A stretch of DNA of 64,000 bases, from assembly GCA_963752255.1 (NCBI GenBank), contig CAVVXT010000012.1, forward strand, positions 192,001 through 256,000. Direction: 5' to 3'. The notes beneath the pieces were generated by a model. It saw only the letters and a program-made list of their open reading frames with translations, made no database searches and was not told the DNA's origin. Of this stretch, positions 30,234-40,024 are shown one piece after another (positions within the stretch are counted from its first letter, which is position 1; every line of letters starts with the position of its first letter). This DNA comes from Nitrososphaeria archaeon (lineage in GTDB: Archaea > Thermoproteota > Nitrososphaeria > JACIWG01). Made by a program: the position numbers and the translations under genes.

Positions 30234-31511
30234 TTGAAAGAGGAGATGAAGAGGATGGTAGAATATAGGGTGAGGGATATAAAACTTGCACAGGAGGGAA
30301 AAATGAAGATAGACTGGGCAGAAAAACACATGCCTGTTCTCATGAAGATAAGGGATGAGTTTAGGAGGTTTAAGCCATTAAAAAATGTTACGATCGGCGC
30401 CTGTCTGCATGTTACAAAGGAGACCGCCGTTTTAGTTAAAACCCTTCAATCAGGGGGGGCGACTGTCGCTCTTTGTGGCTCTAACCCCCTATCAACCCAA
30501 GATGATGTTGCAGCCGCACTTGCTGAAGACGGAGTAAGTGTTTTTGCGTTAAGAGGAGAAAGTAATGACGAATATTATTGGTGCTTGAATAAGGTTTTGG
30601 ACTTTAAACCAAACATCACTCTCGATGATGGGGCAGACCTTATTTCTACAATACATCTGAAAAAAAGAGAATTGATTCCATACGTTTACGGGGGACAGGA
30701 AGAAACGACAACTGGTGTGATAAGATTAAGAGCTATGGAGAGAGATGGAGCGTTAAGATACCCTGTACTCGCCGTGAATGACACGCCAACAAAGAACATG
30801 TTTGACAACATTTACGGAACCGGTCAGAGCACGATTGACGGTATATTGAGGTCAACAAATGTACTGCTCGCTGGAAAAAAGTTTGTTATCTGCGGATACG
30901 GCCATTGTGGAAAAGGTTTGGCGACGAGAGCAAGAGGCATGGGATCAAACGTGATTGTCGTTGAAGTCGACCCTCTTAGGGCTTTACAGGCTGTCATGGA
31001 CGGCGTCAGTGTAATGACTATGAACGAAGCTGCGAAAGAAGGAGACATTTTTGTTACCGTGACCGGAAACAAGAACATAATCAGAAAAGAGCACATGGAG
31101 CTAATGAAGGATGGGGCGATAATGGCTAATTCCGGACACTTCAACGTTGAAGTCTCTGTTAGGGATTTAGTAGAGTTAACCAAAGGAAGAAGGATCATTA
31201 GACCAAATACTGAGGAATTTGAATTAAAGAGTGGAAGGAAGATCTACCTTCTAGCGGAAGGCCGCCTCGTGAATCTTGCTTCAGCAGAAGGTCATCCGTC
31301 GGAAGTTATGGACATGTCTTTTTCCGATCAGGCGTTAACCTGCAAATATATAGTAGAGAACCATAAGAAATTAGAGCCAAAAGTTTACGATGTGCCTTCC
31401 GAAATCGGGAACAGGATAGCTAAATTGAAATTGGAGTCTATGGAAATAAAGATAGACGAATTGACTGAAGAACAGAAGAAGTATATGTTAGGCTGGGCAG
31501 AAGGAACTTGA
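30234..31511 (+). CDS. ahcY: S-adenosylhomocysteine hydrolase
   Basis: ACLHVTKETA, EETTTG, FDN.YGTGQS, GYG.CG.G, GRLVNL...EGHP..VMD.SF. Confidence 0.97.
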   Translation: MKEEMKRMVEYRVRDIKLAQEGKMKIDWAEKHMPVLMKIRDEFRRFKPLKNVTIGACLHVTKETAVLVKTLQSGGATVALCGSNPLSTQDDVAAALAEDGVSVFALRGESNDEYYWCLNKVLDFKPNITLDDGADLISTIHLKKRELIPYVYGGQEETTTGVIRLRAMERDGALRYPVLAVNDTPTKNMFDNIYGTGQSTIDGILRSTNVLLAGKKFVICGYGHCGKGLATRARGMGSNVIVVEVDPLRALQAVMDGVSVMTMNEAAKEGDIFVTVTGNKNIIRKEHMELMKDGAIMANSGHFNVEVSVRDLVELTKGRRIIRPNTEEFELKSGRKIYLLAEGRLVNLASAEGHPSEVMDMSFSDQALTCKYIVENHKKLEPKVYDVPSEIGNRIAKLKLESMEIKIDELTEEQKKYMLGWAEGT

Positions 31512-31575
31512 TACATATTAGAACGTTTAAGAAATTCTTTTATATTTCCGATATGACAAGTGCCAACGAGCAAAG

Positions 31576-31851
31576 TTGACGAAGAAAAGAAAAAGCCGCG
31601 GTCGTGGTAAAAGTGGTAAAGGGAGATCAGAGCAGGTGCAGTGCTCACATTGTGGTGCAATGGTTCCACGGGATAAGGCGAAGAAAGACACACGGAGACT
31701 CAACTTCATGGATGCCGCCCTCGCTAAGGAGCTTAGAGCAGGTGGAACATATATCCCAAATGAGAGAAGTACAAGGTACTATTGCATATCGTGCGCAGTT
31801 CACTTTGGCGTTGCCAAGGTTAGAGCAAAAGATGAAAGAAAGCAGAGGTAG
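31576..31851 (+). CDS. rps26e: 30S ribosomal protein eS26
   Basis: KKR..RGR.K...GR...VQC..CG..VPRDKA, YCISCAVH. Confidence 0.95.
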   Translation: MTKKRKSRGRGKSGKGRSEQVQCSHCGAMVPRDKAKKDTRRLNFMDAALAKELRAGGTYIPNERSTRYYCISCAVHFGVAKVRAKDERKQR

Positions 31852-31864
31852 CTGTTCCCGCCCA

Positions 31865-32452
31865 CTATTTTCTTAATTTCCGCATTATAATAGTAGAACG
31901 TTCTATGAATGTAAAAATTGCCAAAGCGGAAACGATTATTATGCCATAGAACGTGTACCCCGCAATGCTGAAAAATGACAAAACGATCATTCTTTCAGCC
32001 CTTTCACCTATCCCTGAGCCTTTAAGATCTAAACCCAACGAGTCACCCTTTGCTCTGACATAACTCACTAAAATGGAGAATGTTATCATAAGAAAAACGA
32101 AGTCGGGGGGGGCCCAGCCGCCGATAAGAAGCCCAAAGCTAACAAGAACTTCACCTAACCTATCCGCTGTTGAGTCAATGAAACTTCCAAGCTTAGAAAC
32201 CGTATTTGTAAATTTTGCGACAGCGCCATCAACGATGTCCATAAATCCAGATAGGAGAAAGAAAAATCCGCCCAACAGTGCACCGTACGGCTCCTGTGTC
32301 GCGTAGAAGGACATGGAAATCAAAGATAAAAGGAGACCGAACAGGGTCCAAATCCAAGCTGGTGCACCTAAATATGAGAAATACCTACCAATATTCTCAA
32401 GGATTGGATTGATTGCGCTCCTAATCCTGTTTAGAACCATCCATATCCGCAT
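31865..32452 (-). CDS. CDP-alcohol phosphatidyltransferase (archaetidylinositol-phosphate synthase-like)
   Basis: D..DGAVA......G...D...DR motif, SYVRAK, ER.ER. Confidence 0.88.
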   Translation of the reverse strand: MRIWMVLNRIRSAINPILENIGRYFSYLGAPAWIWTLFGLLLSLISMSFYATQEPYGALLGGFFFLLSGFMDIVDGAVAKFTNTVSKLGSFIDSTADRLGEVLVSFGLLIGGWAPPDFVFLMITFSILVSYVRAKGDSLGLDLKGSGIGERAERMIVLSFFSIAGYTFYGIIIVSALAIFTFIERSTIIMRKLRK

Positions 32453-32499
32453 GACTTATATTGTGAGATTTAATAACACTTTAGGACGAGTGATGCATC

Positions 32500-32709
32500 T
32501 TGGGTAGAATAGATAAGGGTGTAAATTGTAGTGTTCAAGGATGCAAGAACGCGGCAGAGAGGTCTCTAAGCTTGGAACAGGTTTCCAAGAGCAGCCTGAA
32601 GGTAGATAATTCCACAAGAAGAGTATATCTGTGTCATGAACACTACAAAAAGTGGAAAAAGGAGACAAAAAAGGACCGTGACCTAGAACGCTCACTTATT
32701 TCAGGGTGA
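32500..32709 (+). CDS. Small Zn-binding hypothetical protein upstream of thrS
   Basis: CSVQGC...YLCHEH; ends 9 nt before thrS. Confidence 0.72.
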   Translation: MGRIDKGVNCSVQGCKNAAERSLSLEQVSKSSLKVDNSTRRVYLCHEHYKKWKKETKKDRDLERSLISG

Positions 32710-32718
32710 TTTAAGCGA

Positions 32719-34593
32719 TTGAGGATATTGCAGCTGCATTCAAACAACATTGAATACAAGCTTGTAAAGAAAGAAATCGACTCAGCAGAAGAAAGTGTGA
32801 CAAGAGAGTGCAGGCTTGATGAAATAGTTGTCTTGTTCACCTCTGTTGAAGAAGAGGATGACGACGACGCTGCGACGGCGGCTATAGACGAAGTGAAGGC
32901 AGCGTTGAACAACCTTAAGGTAAACAGGATCCTGATCTATCCGTTTGCACACCTCAGCTCGAGCCTTGCAAGCCCATATGATGCCCTTAGAGTCCTCAAA
33001 AAGATGGAATCATATGCCAGTGAAATAGGCATCGAAGTCTATAGAGCTCCCTTTGGATGGAACAAGCAGTTTGCAATTTCTATCAAAGGTCATCCACTTG
33101 CAGAGCAGTTCAGAATTATCTCGAAAAAAAGGAAAGCCGAAGAACCAGTTTCGAAGGCATTGAAGGCTGAAGAGAAGATTAAATCTTATTGGAAAATTTT
33201 GACGCTCGAGGGAGAACTTGTTCCCGTCGAAAAATTTGATTTTTCCGGGCATGAAAAATTGGAAAAATTTTCTCTTTATGAGATATCTAAAGTGAGAGCG
33301 GTTAAAGGTGTCCCGCCACATGTAGCGCTAATGCAGAGGCTTGAAATCGCTGACTATGAGCCAGCAAGCGATCAGGGAAACCTGAGATGGTATCCTAAAG
33401 GAAGACTGATAAAATCCCTGTTAGAAGAACTTGTTACTCGGAGGGTTATAGAATACGGGGCGATGGAAGTTGAGACGCCTATAATGTACGATTTCCAGCA
33501 CCCAAGCTTACACGATTACCTTAACAGGTTCCCGGCCCGTCAATATGTTATAAAGTCAGATGACAAGGAGTTCTTTTTAAGGTTCAGCGCGTGCTTTGGA
33601 CAGTTCCTAATGGCGCACGACGTGCAGATGTCCTACAAGCAGCTGCCGATAAGACTTTACGAATTGACAAGGTACAGCTTTAGAAGGGAAAAAAGTGGAG
33701 AACTTGCTGGGTTAAGGAGGCTGAGATCTTTTACGATGCCTGACTGTCATGCGATGTGCGCAGACCTCGATCAAGCAAAGGAAGAATTTGTTAAAAGGTT
33801 CAAGCTTAGCATGAAAATACTTGAAAGCTTAGGTTTTGACAAAGATGACTACGAACTCGCGATAAGGTTTACGAAAGAGTTCTTTGAAAAGAACAAGGAT
33901 TTCATAGTCGCGTTACTGAATCAATTTGGCAAACCCGCTCTAGTTGAAATGTGGGACGAGAGATTTTTCTACTTTGTACTAAAATGGGAGTTTAACTTTG
34001 TAGACAGTTCAGATAAGGCATCTGCACTATCGACAGACCAGATAGATATAGAGAATGCGCACCGATATAATATCACCTACGTGAACGAAAAAGGTGAGAA
34101 GCTTTATCCGATGATATTACACAATTCACCTAGTGGAGCAATCGAAAGAGACGTTTACGCTATGCTTGAGAAGGCGTATATGCAACAAAGGGAAGGAAAG
34201 ATTCCAACCCTACCATTATGGCTTTCTCCAACACAGGTAAGGATAATACCAGTGACTGAATCCTTCTTGGACTATGCATGGAAGATGGTAGAAGAACTTG
34301 AAGGCCAAAAGATCAGAGTAGATATAGATGACAGAACCATGACTATGGGGAAGAAAGTTAGGGACGCCGAGAAGGAATGGGTACCATACATTCTAGTTAT
34401 TGGGGAAAAGGAAAAGGAGACCGGTTTATTATCGGTTAGAGTAAGGAGCACAGAAGTCGGGAAGGACGAGAAATTGAAGCAGATGAAGTTAGATGATCTC
34501 GTAGAAGAAATTAGAACCGAAACCTCAGATATGCCTTTCAAGCCTCTTTCTCTACCAAAAAGCCTTTCAAAAAGACCAAAGTTCTTTGGCTGA
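32719..34593 (+). CDS. thrS: Threonine-tRNA ligase (archaeal type with N-terminal editing domain)
   Basis: YPFAHLS, RAPFGW.K, LRFSACFG, FRREKSGE, MPDCH, LH.S..G.IER. Confidence 0.96.
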   Translation: MRILQLHSNNIEYKLVKKEIDSAEESVTRECRLDEIVVLFTSVEEEDDDDAATAAIDEVKAALNNLKVNRILIYPFAHLSSSLASPYDALRVLKKMESYASEIGIEVYRAPFGWNKQFAISIKGHPLAEQFRIISKKRKAEEPVSKALKAEEKIKSYWKILTLEGELVPVEKFDFSGHEKLEKFSLYEISKVRAVKGVPPHVALMQRLEIADYEPASDQGNLRWYPKGRLIKSLLEELVTRRVIEYGAMEVETPIMYDFQHPSLHDYLNRFPARQYVIKSDDKEFFLRFSACFGQFLMAHDVQMSYKQLPIRLYELTRYSFRREKSGELAGLRRLRSFTMPDCHAMCADLDQAKEEFVKRFKLSMKILESLGFDKDDYELAIRFTKEFFEKNKDFIVALLNQFGKPALVEMWDERFFYFVLKWEFNFVDSSDKASALSTDQIDIENAHRYNITYVNEKGEKLYPMILHNSPSGAIERDVYAMLEKAYMQQREGKIPTLPLWLSPTQVRIIPVTESFLDYAWKMVEELEGQKIRVDIDDRTMTMGKKVRDAEKEWVPYILVIGEKEKETGLLSVRVRSTEVGKDEKLKQMKLDDLVEEIRTETSDMPFKPLSLPKSLSKRPKFFG

Positions 34594-34623
34594 ATTCTGT
34601 TCCATAAATTAAAATGGAAGCTT

Positions 34624-35490
34624 CTATTTTAAGGAAAAACAGTATGAAAAGAGTTCGAGCATAAGCTTTGCTGCGAGAACGCACGTGTTTCCATTGTCAT
34701 ATGGAGGACACGATTCAACTATGTCGAATCCAATTATCTTTTTCCCTCTAAGATTTTTTAGAAAACTGAAGAAATCTTTTGGTGAGATACCATCTGGCTC
34801 AGGATTAGCTACTCCAGGAGCGTACGCTGGGTCGAAAACGTCCATGTCAACAGAGACATAGAACTTTTCGTATTCTTTGAATATCAGATTCCGATCTATT
34901 AGGTTCATTTTGTAGTTTCCCATTTCAATGACATTTAGATGTTGATCTTCTGCGTATCGCCATTCTTGTTCACATGCGGCTCTTGACCCTAAGTGAATAA
35001 ACCTTTTTCTATCTAATTTATCAAGGAGCCTCCTATGAAATGTTGCGTGGGTGAAATCTGAGCCACCTAATTCGTCTCTAAGATCGAGGTGGGCATCGAA
35101 AATAATTATCCCGACATCGTTAGGAACTGCTGAAATCGAACCGTAAGAGATAGAATGTTCTCCGCCGAGCATACATATGGGGATTTCGCTTTCTAACAGC
35201 TCCTTCCAGAGCCTGGAGACCTGTGCTGAAGTTGATTTAGCATCATAAAGCGTTGAGAGGTCGCCCAGATCTTCTATGTATTCCTTTTCCAAGTCAACAT
35301 TAAAAAGCCTTGAGTAAATTTCAATATTGTTGAAGGCAGATCTTATCGCTTGAGGAGCCAATTTTGATCCAGTCCTATAAGAGCTAGTTGCGTCAAAAGG
35401 AACACCAAACACTCTTCCTTTTGGTGTATCGCTGTCGACCAACTTCAAGATCTTTCCAACGTCTTGGAGATAAAGATCTCTGTAACTCAT
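34624..35490 (-). CDS. speB: Agmatinase
   Basis: GVPFD.T.SYR.G, GGEHSI, FDAHLD, S.D.DVFDP.YAPG...PEP.G. Confidence 0.9.
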   Translation of the reverse strand: MSYRDLYLQDVGKILKLVDSDTPKGRVFGVPFDATSSYRTGSKLAPQAIRSAFNNIEIYSRLFNVDLEKEYIEDLGDLSTLYDAKSTSAQVSRLWKELLESEIPICMLGGEHSISYGSISAVPNDVGIIIFDAHLDLRDELGGSDFTHATFHRRLLDKLDRKRFIHLGSRAACEQEWRYAEDQHLNVIEMGNYKMNLIDRNLIFKEYEKFYVSVDMDVFDPAYAPGVANPEPDGISPKDFFSFLKNLRGKKIIGFDIVESCPPYDNGNTCVLAAKLMLELFSYCFSLK

Positions 35491-35552
35491 TTGCCCACAT
35501 TACACTATTATGCTATACGGCAGTTAAGTGTTTTGAAGACATAGGAACATCG

Positions 35553-38090
35553 CTACGACCAGAAAAAGTCCTCTAACTTCGTTGAGGTGATAACCTCGTC
35601 AAAATCGTATCCAAGTGCGTCCAGCAATTGCTCAAAAGTACTCCTCATATATTCTATATACTTATTCGCATCGATTTCCTCTGCCTTTGCAGTTGCAGTT
35701 GGCTTAACGCCATCCGGTGTAACCGTCTTTACAAACGATATGATGTCTCCACTTTTGATCTTTTTACCGCTTCGCTCCAGCTGCTTTGCGGCTTTAACAT
35801 GCTGTGGGGTAATATCTACGTATTCATTCAAATCTTTGCTTATCATCACGTTAAAGGAAAGATCTTCAAGAGGTATCTTCTTCTTCCTTAGATCGTCAAC
35901 GATACCCTTAAGGTATTTCTTAACCTCTTCTCTCGCCTTTTCAAATTCTGATTGCGAGTTGACTTTACTGAGTATTTCAACAACTTTGTAAAATGCGTCC
36001 TTTATCACTTTTGGAGTGTTACTCTTCTTCCCGGTGAAACCTTTAAGAATGAAGTTGCCGTTAGGCAGGACACCAAGATAGTTTTTCTTCCTCTTGCTGA
36101 AGGCAACATATTTGTAGATCTTGTCTAGATCCAGTTCTACTCCAAGTTTGTCTTCAGCCCAATTAATCACTTTTGCAATTTCTTCATTGGATACACCGGA
36201 AACGAAAAGAGAGTCGGTGTCACCGTATATGACTCTGATGTTTCTCTGCTTACATTCGTCAACTGTCTTAGTGATCATGTATCTGCCTATTGCCGCCGTT
36301 GACTCAGCTACGGGGGGACAGTAAAGTGGAAAAGCTTCAGTGCCAAATACACCGTAGCTGGCATTCAATATAACCTTCAAAACCTGTGAGATAGTGTTAA
36401 AGAGAGCTGCTTGATCCGAATTTGGGGGATACTTCTTTGATAGAGGTTTATAGAGTTTAACTCGTAGATCTCTTAAAGAACCAATCAATAAAGAAGTAAT
36501 GCCATATCTCTTTGTGCAAACCCAATGGGGCGTATCTGGAATAATGTTGGACCTATCTTCCGGATGATTACACAGGATTGTCTCATATGAAAGATTATAG
36601 ACCTTTATTATACTCGGATAGAGACTTGCAAAGTCTAAAACAGACACGCCAAAGTGAACCCCTGCTTCAGGTTCTAGAACGTAGGCGCCACGGTATTTTT
36701 TCCCCTTGGTTATGGCCGTTGAAGATATAGCGCCACGCTGGGACACTTCTTCGCTCCTGGGTATTAAGGCGTTAATTCGTCTATGTTCGAAGTACATTAA
36801 GCTGCGTATCCAATTTGATACACCTAACCTACCAAGGTCCTCGAACGGCATCTTTGCAACTCTCGCTATAACAGTAAGGAGGCGCATAACCAGATCATCG
36901 CTATAGCTTGTCAACATGAAAGTTATTTTTGCGTCTTTGAAACAGTACCTGCCCAACTCTAGTAGAGGTAGGTCGCTGATTGAGCCCTCAAATTCCATCT
37001 TTGATTCATTAATTATTGCCTCGCAGACTGAGTTTAGAGTGTTTTCAACATACTTAGAGTCAAACACGTAAACCTTCAAAGCATGATTTGAGAAGAACTT
37101 GTAAAGGTCGACGTGCACACCATGCTTTATCCAAGCTTGATCCCTTCCCAAGTTTATTGGAATAGATTCGTCTGGAAAGCCAAGGTTCTTGGCCCTATGA
37201 TAGAGGTAGTTAAGATCAAAATCGTCGCCGTTGTACGTGATGATAAATGGATAATCCAACATATTCAAAAAGACCGCTTCGAGAAGTAGACTCTCTTCTT
37301 TGTAGAAGAGGACATCTGCTTCCTCAATCTTCATATCACCCTTGGGCACGTTGTCCCGTTCGAGAAGGAAAAGCTTCTTCTTGCCATCGCTGCCGAACAT
37401 TGCGACGGCTATAACCGCGTGTTCGGCTTCAGTTGGAGATGGAATATGGTATTCGTCGGGCGATGCGACTTCTATGTCTAGAGAAGACCTTTTGATATTT
37501 GGAAGAGGTTGGGTCAGGAGGCTAGACCAGATTTTTACGTAAGGGACAAACTCTGCCTTAGACGAACTTTCTAAACCTTCAAGATTCTTTAACACATTTT
37601 GATCAACTTCAAGAATAATCGGAACGGGTTTGTCTTTGTCTATCCTGAAAAATGTTCCAGGCGTGTATTGGAAATCATATATATAATTCTCATAATATTT
37701 TATGTCTGCTTCATAGCATGGTAGAAGATTTCTTATGCTCTGATCCCCTTTGCCTCCGCCAATTGATAAGGGGTTTGTAACGACGATCTTCTTAACAAAG
37801 ATCTGGTTCCCTGTAAACATGTCAATTTTATTGACGTCTTTTACACTGATAACATCAGACCGTTTCTTGATCTGTTCCAGTATGCCGTCTTCAGCTTTGG
37901 TGTAACAGTAAGGTTTGTGGCCCGTGTTATCTTTCCATACAAAACTTCTTTCCAATTTTGGAGAATAGAACATCAGATAAGCCTTCTTTTCGTCACCGTC
38001 ATATCCCGCCGATACAAGCATACCATCGTCCATTGAAGTTGTATGCATAGTAAGTGATGCTATCTTCTGTTTTAGTTTCTCGAATGACAA
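35553..38090 (-). CDS. polB: Family B DNA polymerase, PolB1 type
   Basis: DIEV Exo I, YNGD.FD, DFASLYPS, K...NA.YG, YGDTDS, KKNY, C-terminal PIP-like KLEDFF. Confidence 0.96.
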   Translation of the reverse strand: MSFEKLKQKIASLTMHTTSMDDGMLVSAGYDGDEKKAYLMFYSPKLERSFVWKDNTGHKPYCYTKAEDGILEQIKKRSDVISVKDVNKIDMFTGNQIFVKKIVVTNPLSIGGGKGDQSIRNLLPCYEADIKYYENYIYDFQYTPGTFFRIDKDKPVPIILEVDQNVLKNLEGLESSSKAEFVPYVKIWSSLLTQPLPNIKRSSLDIEVASPDEYHIPSPTEAEHAVIAVAMFGSDGKKKLFLLERDNVPKGDMKIEEADVLFYKEESLLLEAVFLNMLDYPFIITYNGDDFDLNYLYHRAKNLGFPDESIPINLGRDQAWIKHGVHVDLYKFFSNHALKVYVFDSKYVENTLNSVCEAIINESKMEFEGSISDLPLLELGRYCFKDAKITFMLTSYSDDLVMRLLTVIARVAKMPFEDLGRLGVSNWIRSLMYFEHRRINALIPRSEEVSQRGAISSTAITKGKKYRGAYVLEPEAGVHFGVSVLDFASLYPSIIKVYNLSYETILCNHPEDRSNIIPDTPHWVCTKRYGITSLLIGSLRDLRVKLYKPLSKKYPPNSDQAALFNTISQVLKVILNASYGVFGTEAFPLYCPPVAESTAAIGRYMITKTVDECKQRNIRVIYGDTDSLFVSGVSNEEIAKVINWAEDKLGVELDLDKIYKYVAFSKRKKNYLGVLPNGNFILKGFTGKKSNTPKVIKDAFYKVVEILSKVNSQSEFEKAREEVKKYLKGIVDDLRKKKIPLEDLSFNVMISKDLNEYVDITPQHVKAAKQLERSGKKIKSGDIISFVKTVTPDGVKPTATAKAEEIDANKYIEYMRSTFEQLLDALGYDFDEVITSTKLEDFFWS

Positions 38091-38154
38091 CGCCTTCCAC
38101 TATATGCTCAAGTAACATTTTGATAAATGTTTGCGAAAAGACTTAAATTAGATT

Positions 38155-38523
38155 GTGAAGGAATGCTTTAAGATGAGCGTTAAAAAAAATAATCTCTCGC
38201 CGCTTCAGATAACCCTCCTTATTTCGGGGATATTATTTGTGGTATTACCTATTCTAGGGTTGTCCCCTATAGAAATGGTTTTCGTTGGCTTAATCAACAT
38301 ATTAGCTTTTCTAGTGGTTTACTTTGAAAAGTTCAAGCTGTTCTCCCCATTTATTAAGATAAGCGTCTCGATTTTTAACATAATAGTGCTTGCATACCTA
38401 ATATATGGGGCGCTCACCTTTTCAAATACAGGTTATTCCTTAAACGTGATCCTTACAATGCTTCTTAGCATACTGTTTCTTATAGCGTATGTTATTTCGA
38501 TTTTATACTATTCAAAGATTTAA
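38155..38523 (+). CDS. Small 4-TM membrane protein
   Basis: Four hydrophobic segments. Confidence 0.65.
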   Translation: MKECFKMSVKKNNLSPLQITLLISGILFVVLPILGLSPIEMVFVGLINILAFLVVYFEKFKLFSPFIKISVSIFNIIVLAYLIYGALTFSNTGYSLNVILTMLLSILFLIAYVISILYYSKI

Positions 38524-38557
38524 AATTTTTCCAAAGTAAAATTTTTTATCTCAACTA

Positions 38558-38698
38558 GTGGACACTTTATCTGTGCAAGACGAAAAGATAGATTTGGCTT
38601 TAGAAGCTATTGAGGTATTAAAAGGTCTAGAATTAGGTGAATTGATTGAGACAGAAAGAGGAACAGGTTATGAGCTTCCCATGATGGTGATTCCATGA
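38558..38698 (+). CDS. 46-aa acidic small ORF translationally coupled to the DegT-family gene
   Basis: GTG...TGA, MDTLSVQDEKIDLALEAIEVLKGLELGELIETERGTGYELPMMVIP; its TGA overlaps the next ATG (ATGA). Confidence 0.55.
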   Translation: MDTLSVQDEKIDLALEAIEVLKGLELGELIETERGTGYELPMMVIP

Positions 38699-39792
38699 TC
38701 CCTATAAATAAACCGATAATTGAAAAAGAAGAAAAAGAGGCTGTGCAAAGGGTGCTAGATAGCCTTTATCTAACGGACTCAAGTTTTGAGGGGGGAAAAT
38801 TTGTCAGAGAATTTGAAGATCTATTTGCAAAATATGTCGGAGTAAAACATACGATTGCAGTTAACTCTGGTACATCGGCGCTTCTGGCCGTAGTTTTAGC
38901 TCTTGAGTTAGGTGGAAAAGATGTAACTTTAACTTCAGGGTTTACATTTTCCTCTACTGCAACGACCAGCCTGTTTGCTGGAGCAAAAGTAGAGTTTGCT
39001 GACATCCAAACCAGAACGTATTGTATTCTATTAGACGACATTAGGAAGAAGATTTCTAAAAAGACTAAGATGATAATACCGGTGCATCTCTATGGGCACC
39101 CAGCGCAGATGGATGAAATCAATGAGATAGCAGAGGAGTATGGTTCCTACGTAGTTGAGGATGCAGCACAATCTCTGGGGTCACGGTATAAAGGAAAAAT
39201 GACGGGAAGCATTGGAGCTGTCGGATGTTTCAGTCTCTACGCAACGAAGATAGTGACTTGCGGGGAGGGAGGAGTTGTTACAACAGACAACGATAACTTA
39301 GCCGAAAAAATTAGGATGATTAGATCTCATGGCCAAATAAAAGGCTACGATTCGAAGATCCTTGGGCTTAACTTACGCCTACCTCAGATACTGGCAGCTA
39401 TGGGAACGGAACAGCTTAAAAAAATTGACAGGTTCATCAGCTCGAGAAGAAAAAATGCGGAGTTCTTAAACGAGCAGCTTTCAAATATTCAAGGCGTTAA
39501 AACACCGGTTGAAGAGGAATATGCTAAAACGAACTGGAGCATTTACACGGTATCTGTTAATAAGAGAAGAGATGATATAATATCATACCTGAGGGAAAAC
39601 GGTGTTGGGGCAACAGTCTATTATCCTATTCCTCTAAACAAACTTCCGGTATTTCATGATTCAAGCAAGCTGCCAAACTGTGAGGAGGCCGCAGGTCACG
39701 TTCTATCGCTGCCCGTACATCCTTTGCTGACTGAAGAGGAGAAAAACAGAGTTGTGGACATATTTAAGCAGGCGATAAAGAAATTCTTATAA
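38695..39792 (+). CDS. DegT/DnrJ/EryC1/StrS PLP-dependent aminotransferase
   Basis: NSGTSAL, PVHLYG, EDAAQ, FS.YATK..T.GEGG, LSLP.HP. Confidence 0.92.
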   Translation: MIPINKPIIEKEEKEAVQRVLDSLYLTDSSFEGGKFVREFEDLFAKYVGVKHTIAVNSGTSALLAVVLALELGGKDVTLTSGFTFSSTATTSLFAGAKVEFADIQTRTYCILLDDIRKKISKKTKMIIPVHLYGHPAQMDEINEIAEEYGSYVVEDAAQSLGSRYKGKMTGSIGAVGCFSLYATKIVTCGEGGVVTTDNDNLAEKIRMIRSHGQIKGYDSKILGLNLRLPQILAAMGTEQLKKIDRFISSRRKNAEFLNEQLSNIQGVKTPVEEEYAKTNWSIYTVSVNKRRDDIISYLRENGVGATVYYPIPLNKLPVFHDSSKLPNCEEAAGHVLSLPVHPLLTEEEKNRVVDIFKQAIKKFL

Positions 39793-39818
39793 ATAGATGC
39801 TTGGGGGTTAATGTTTAT

Positions 39819-39983
39819 ATGAGCGAGAAATCTTCTGGAGAAGTCTATTATGAATGTATTAGATGTGGTACAACAATTTCATCTACTGAACTCACAAAAC
39901 TTCTCGAAATCAAATGCATATGCGGTTATAGGATCTTAAAAAAGAAAAGACCTCAAGTCGTCAAAATAGTGAAAGCGCTTTAG
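39819..39983 (+). CDS. rpoP: RNA polymerase subunit P (Rpo12)
   Basis: YECIRCG....IKCICGYRIL.K.RP...K..KA. Confidence 0.9.
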   Translation: MSEKSSGEVYYECIRCGTTISSTELTKLLEIKCICGYRILKKKRPQVVKIVKAL

Positions 39984-40024
39984 AAATCCCGACAATTCTT
40001 ATTAAAAAGGATTGAAAAGGTATT

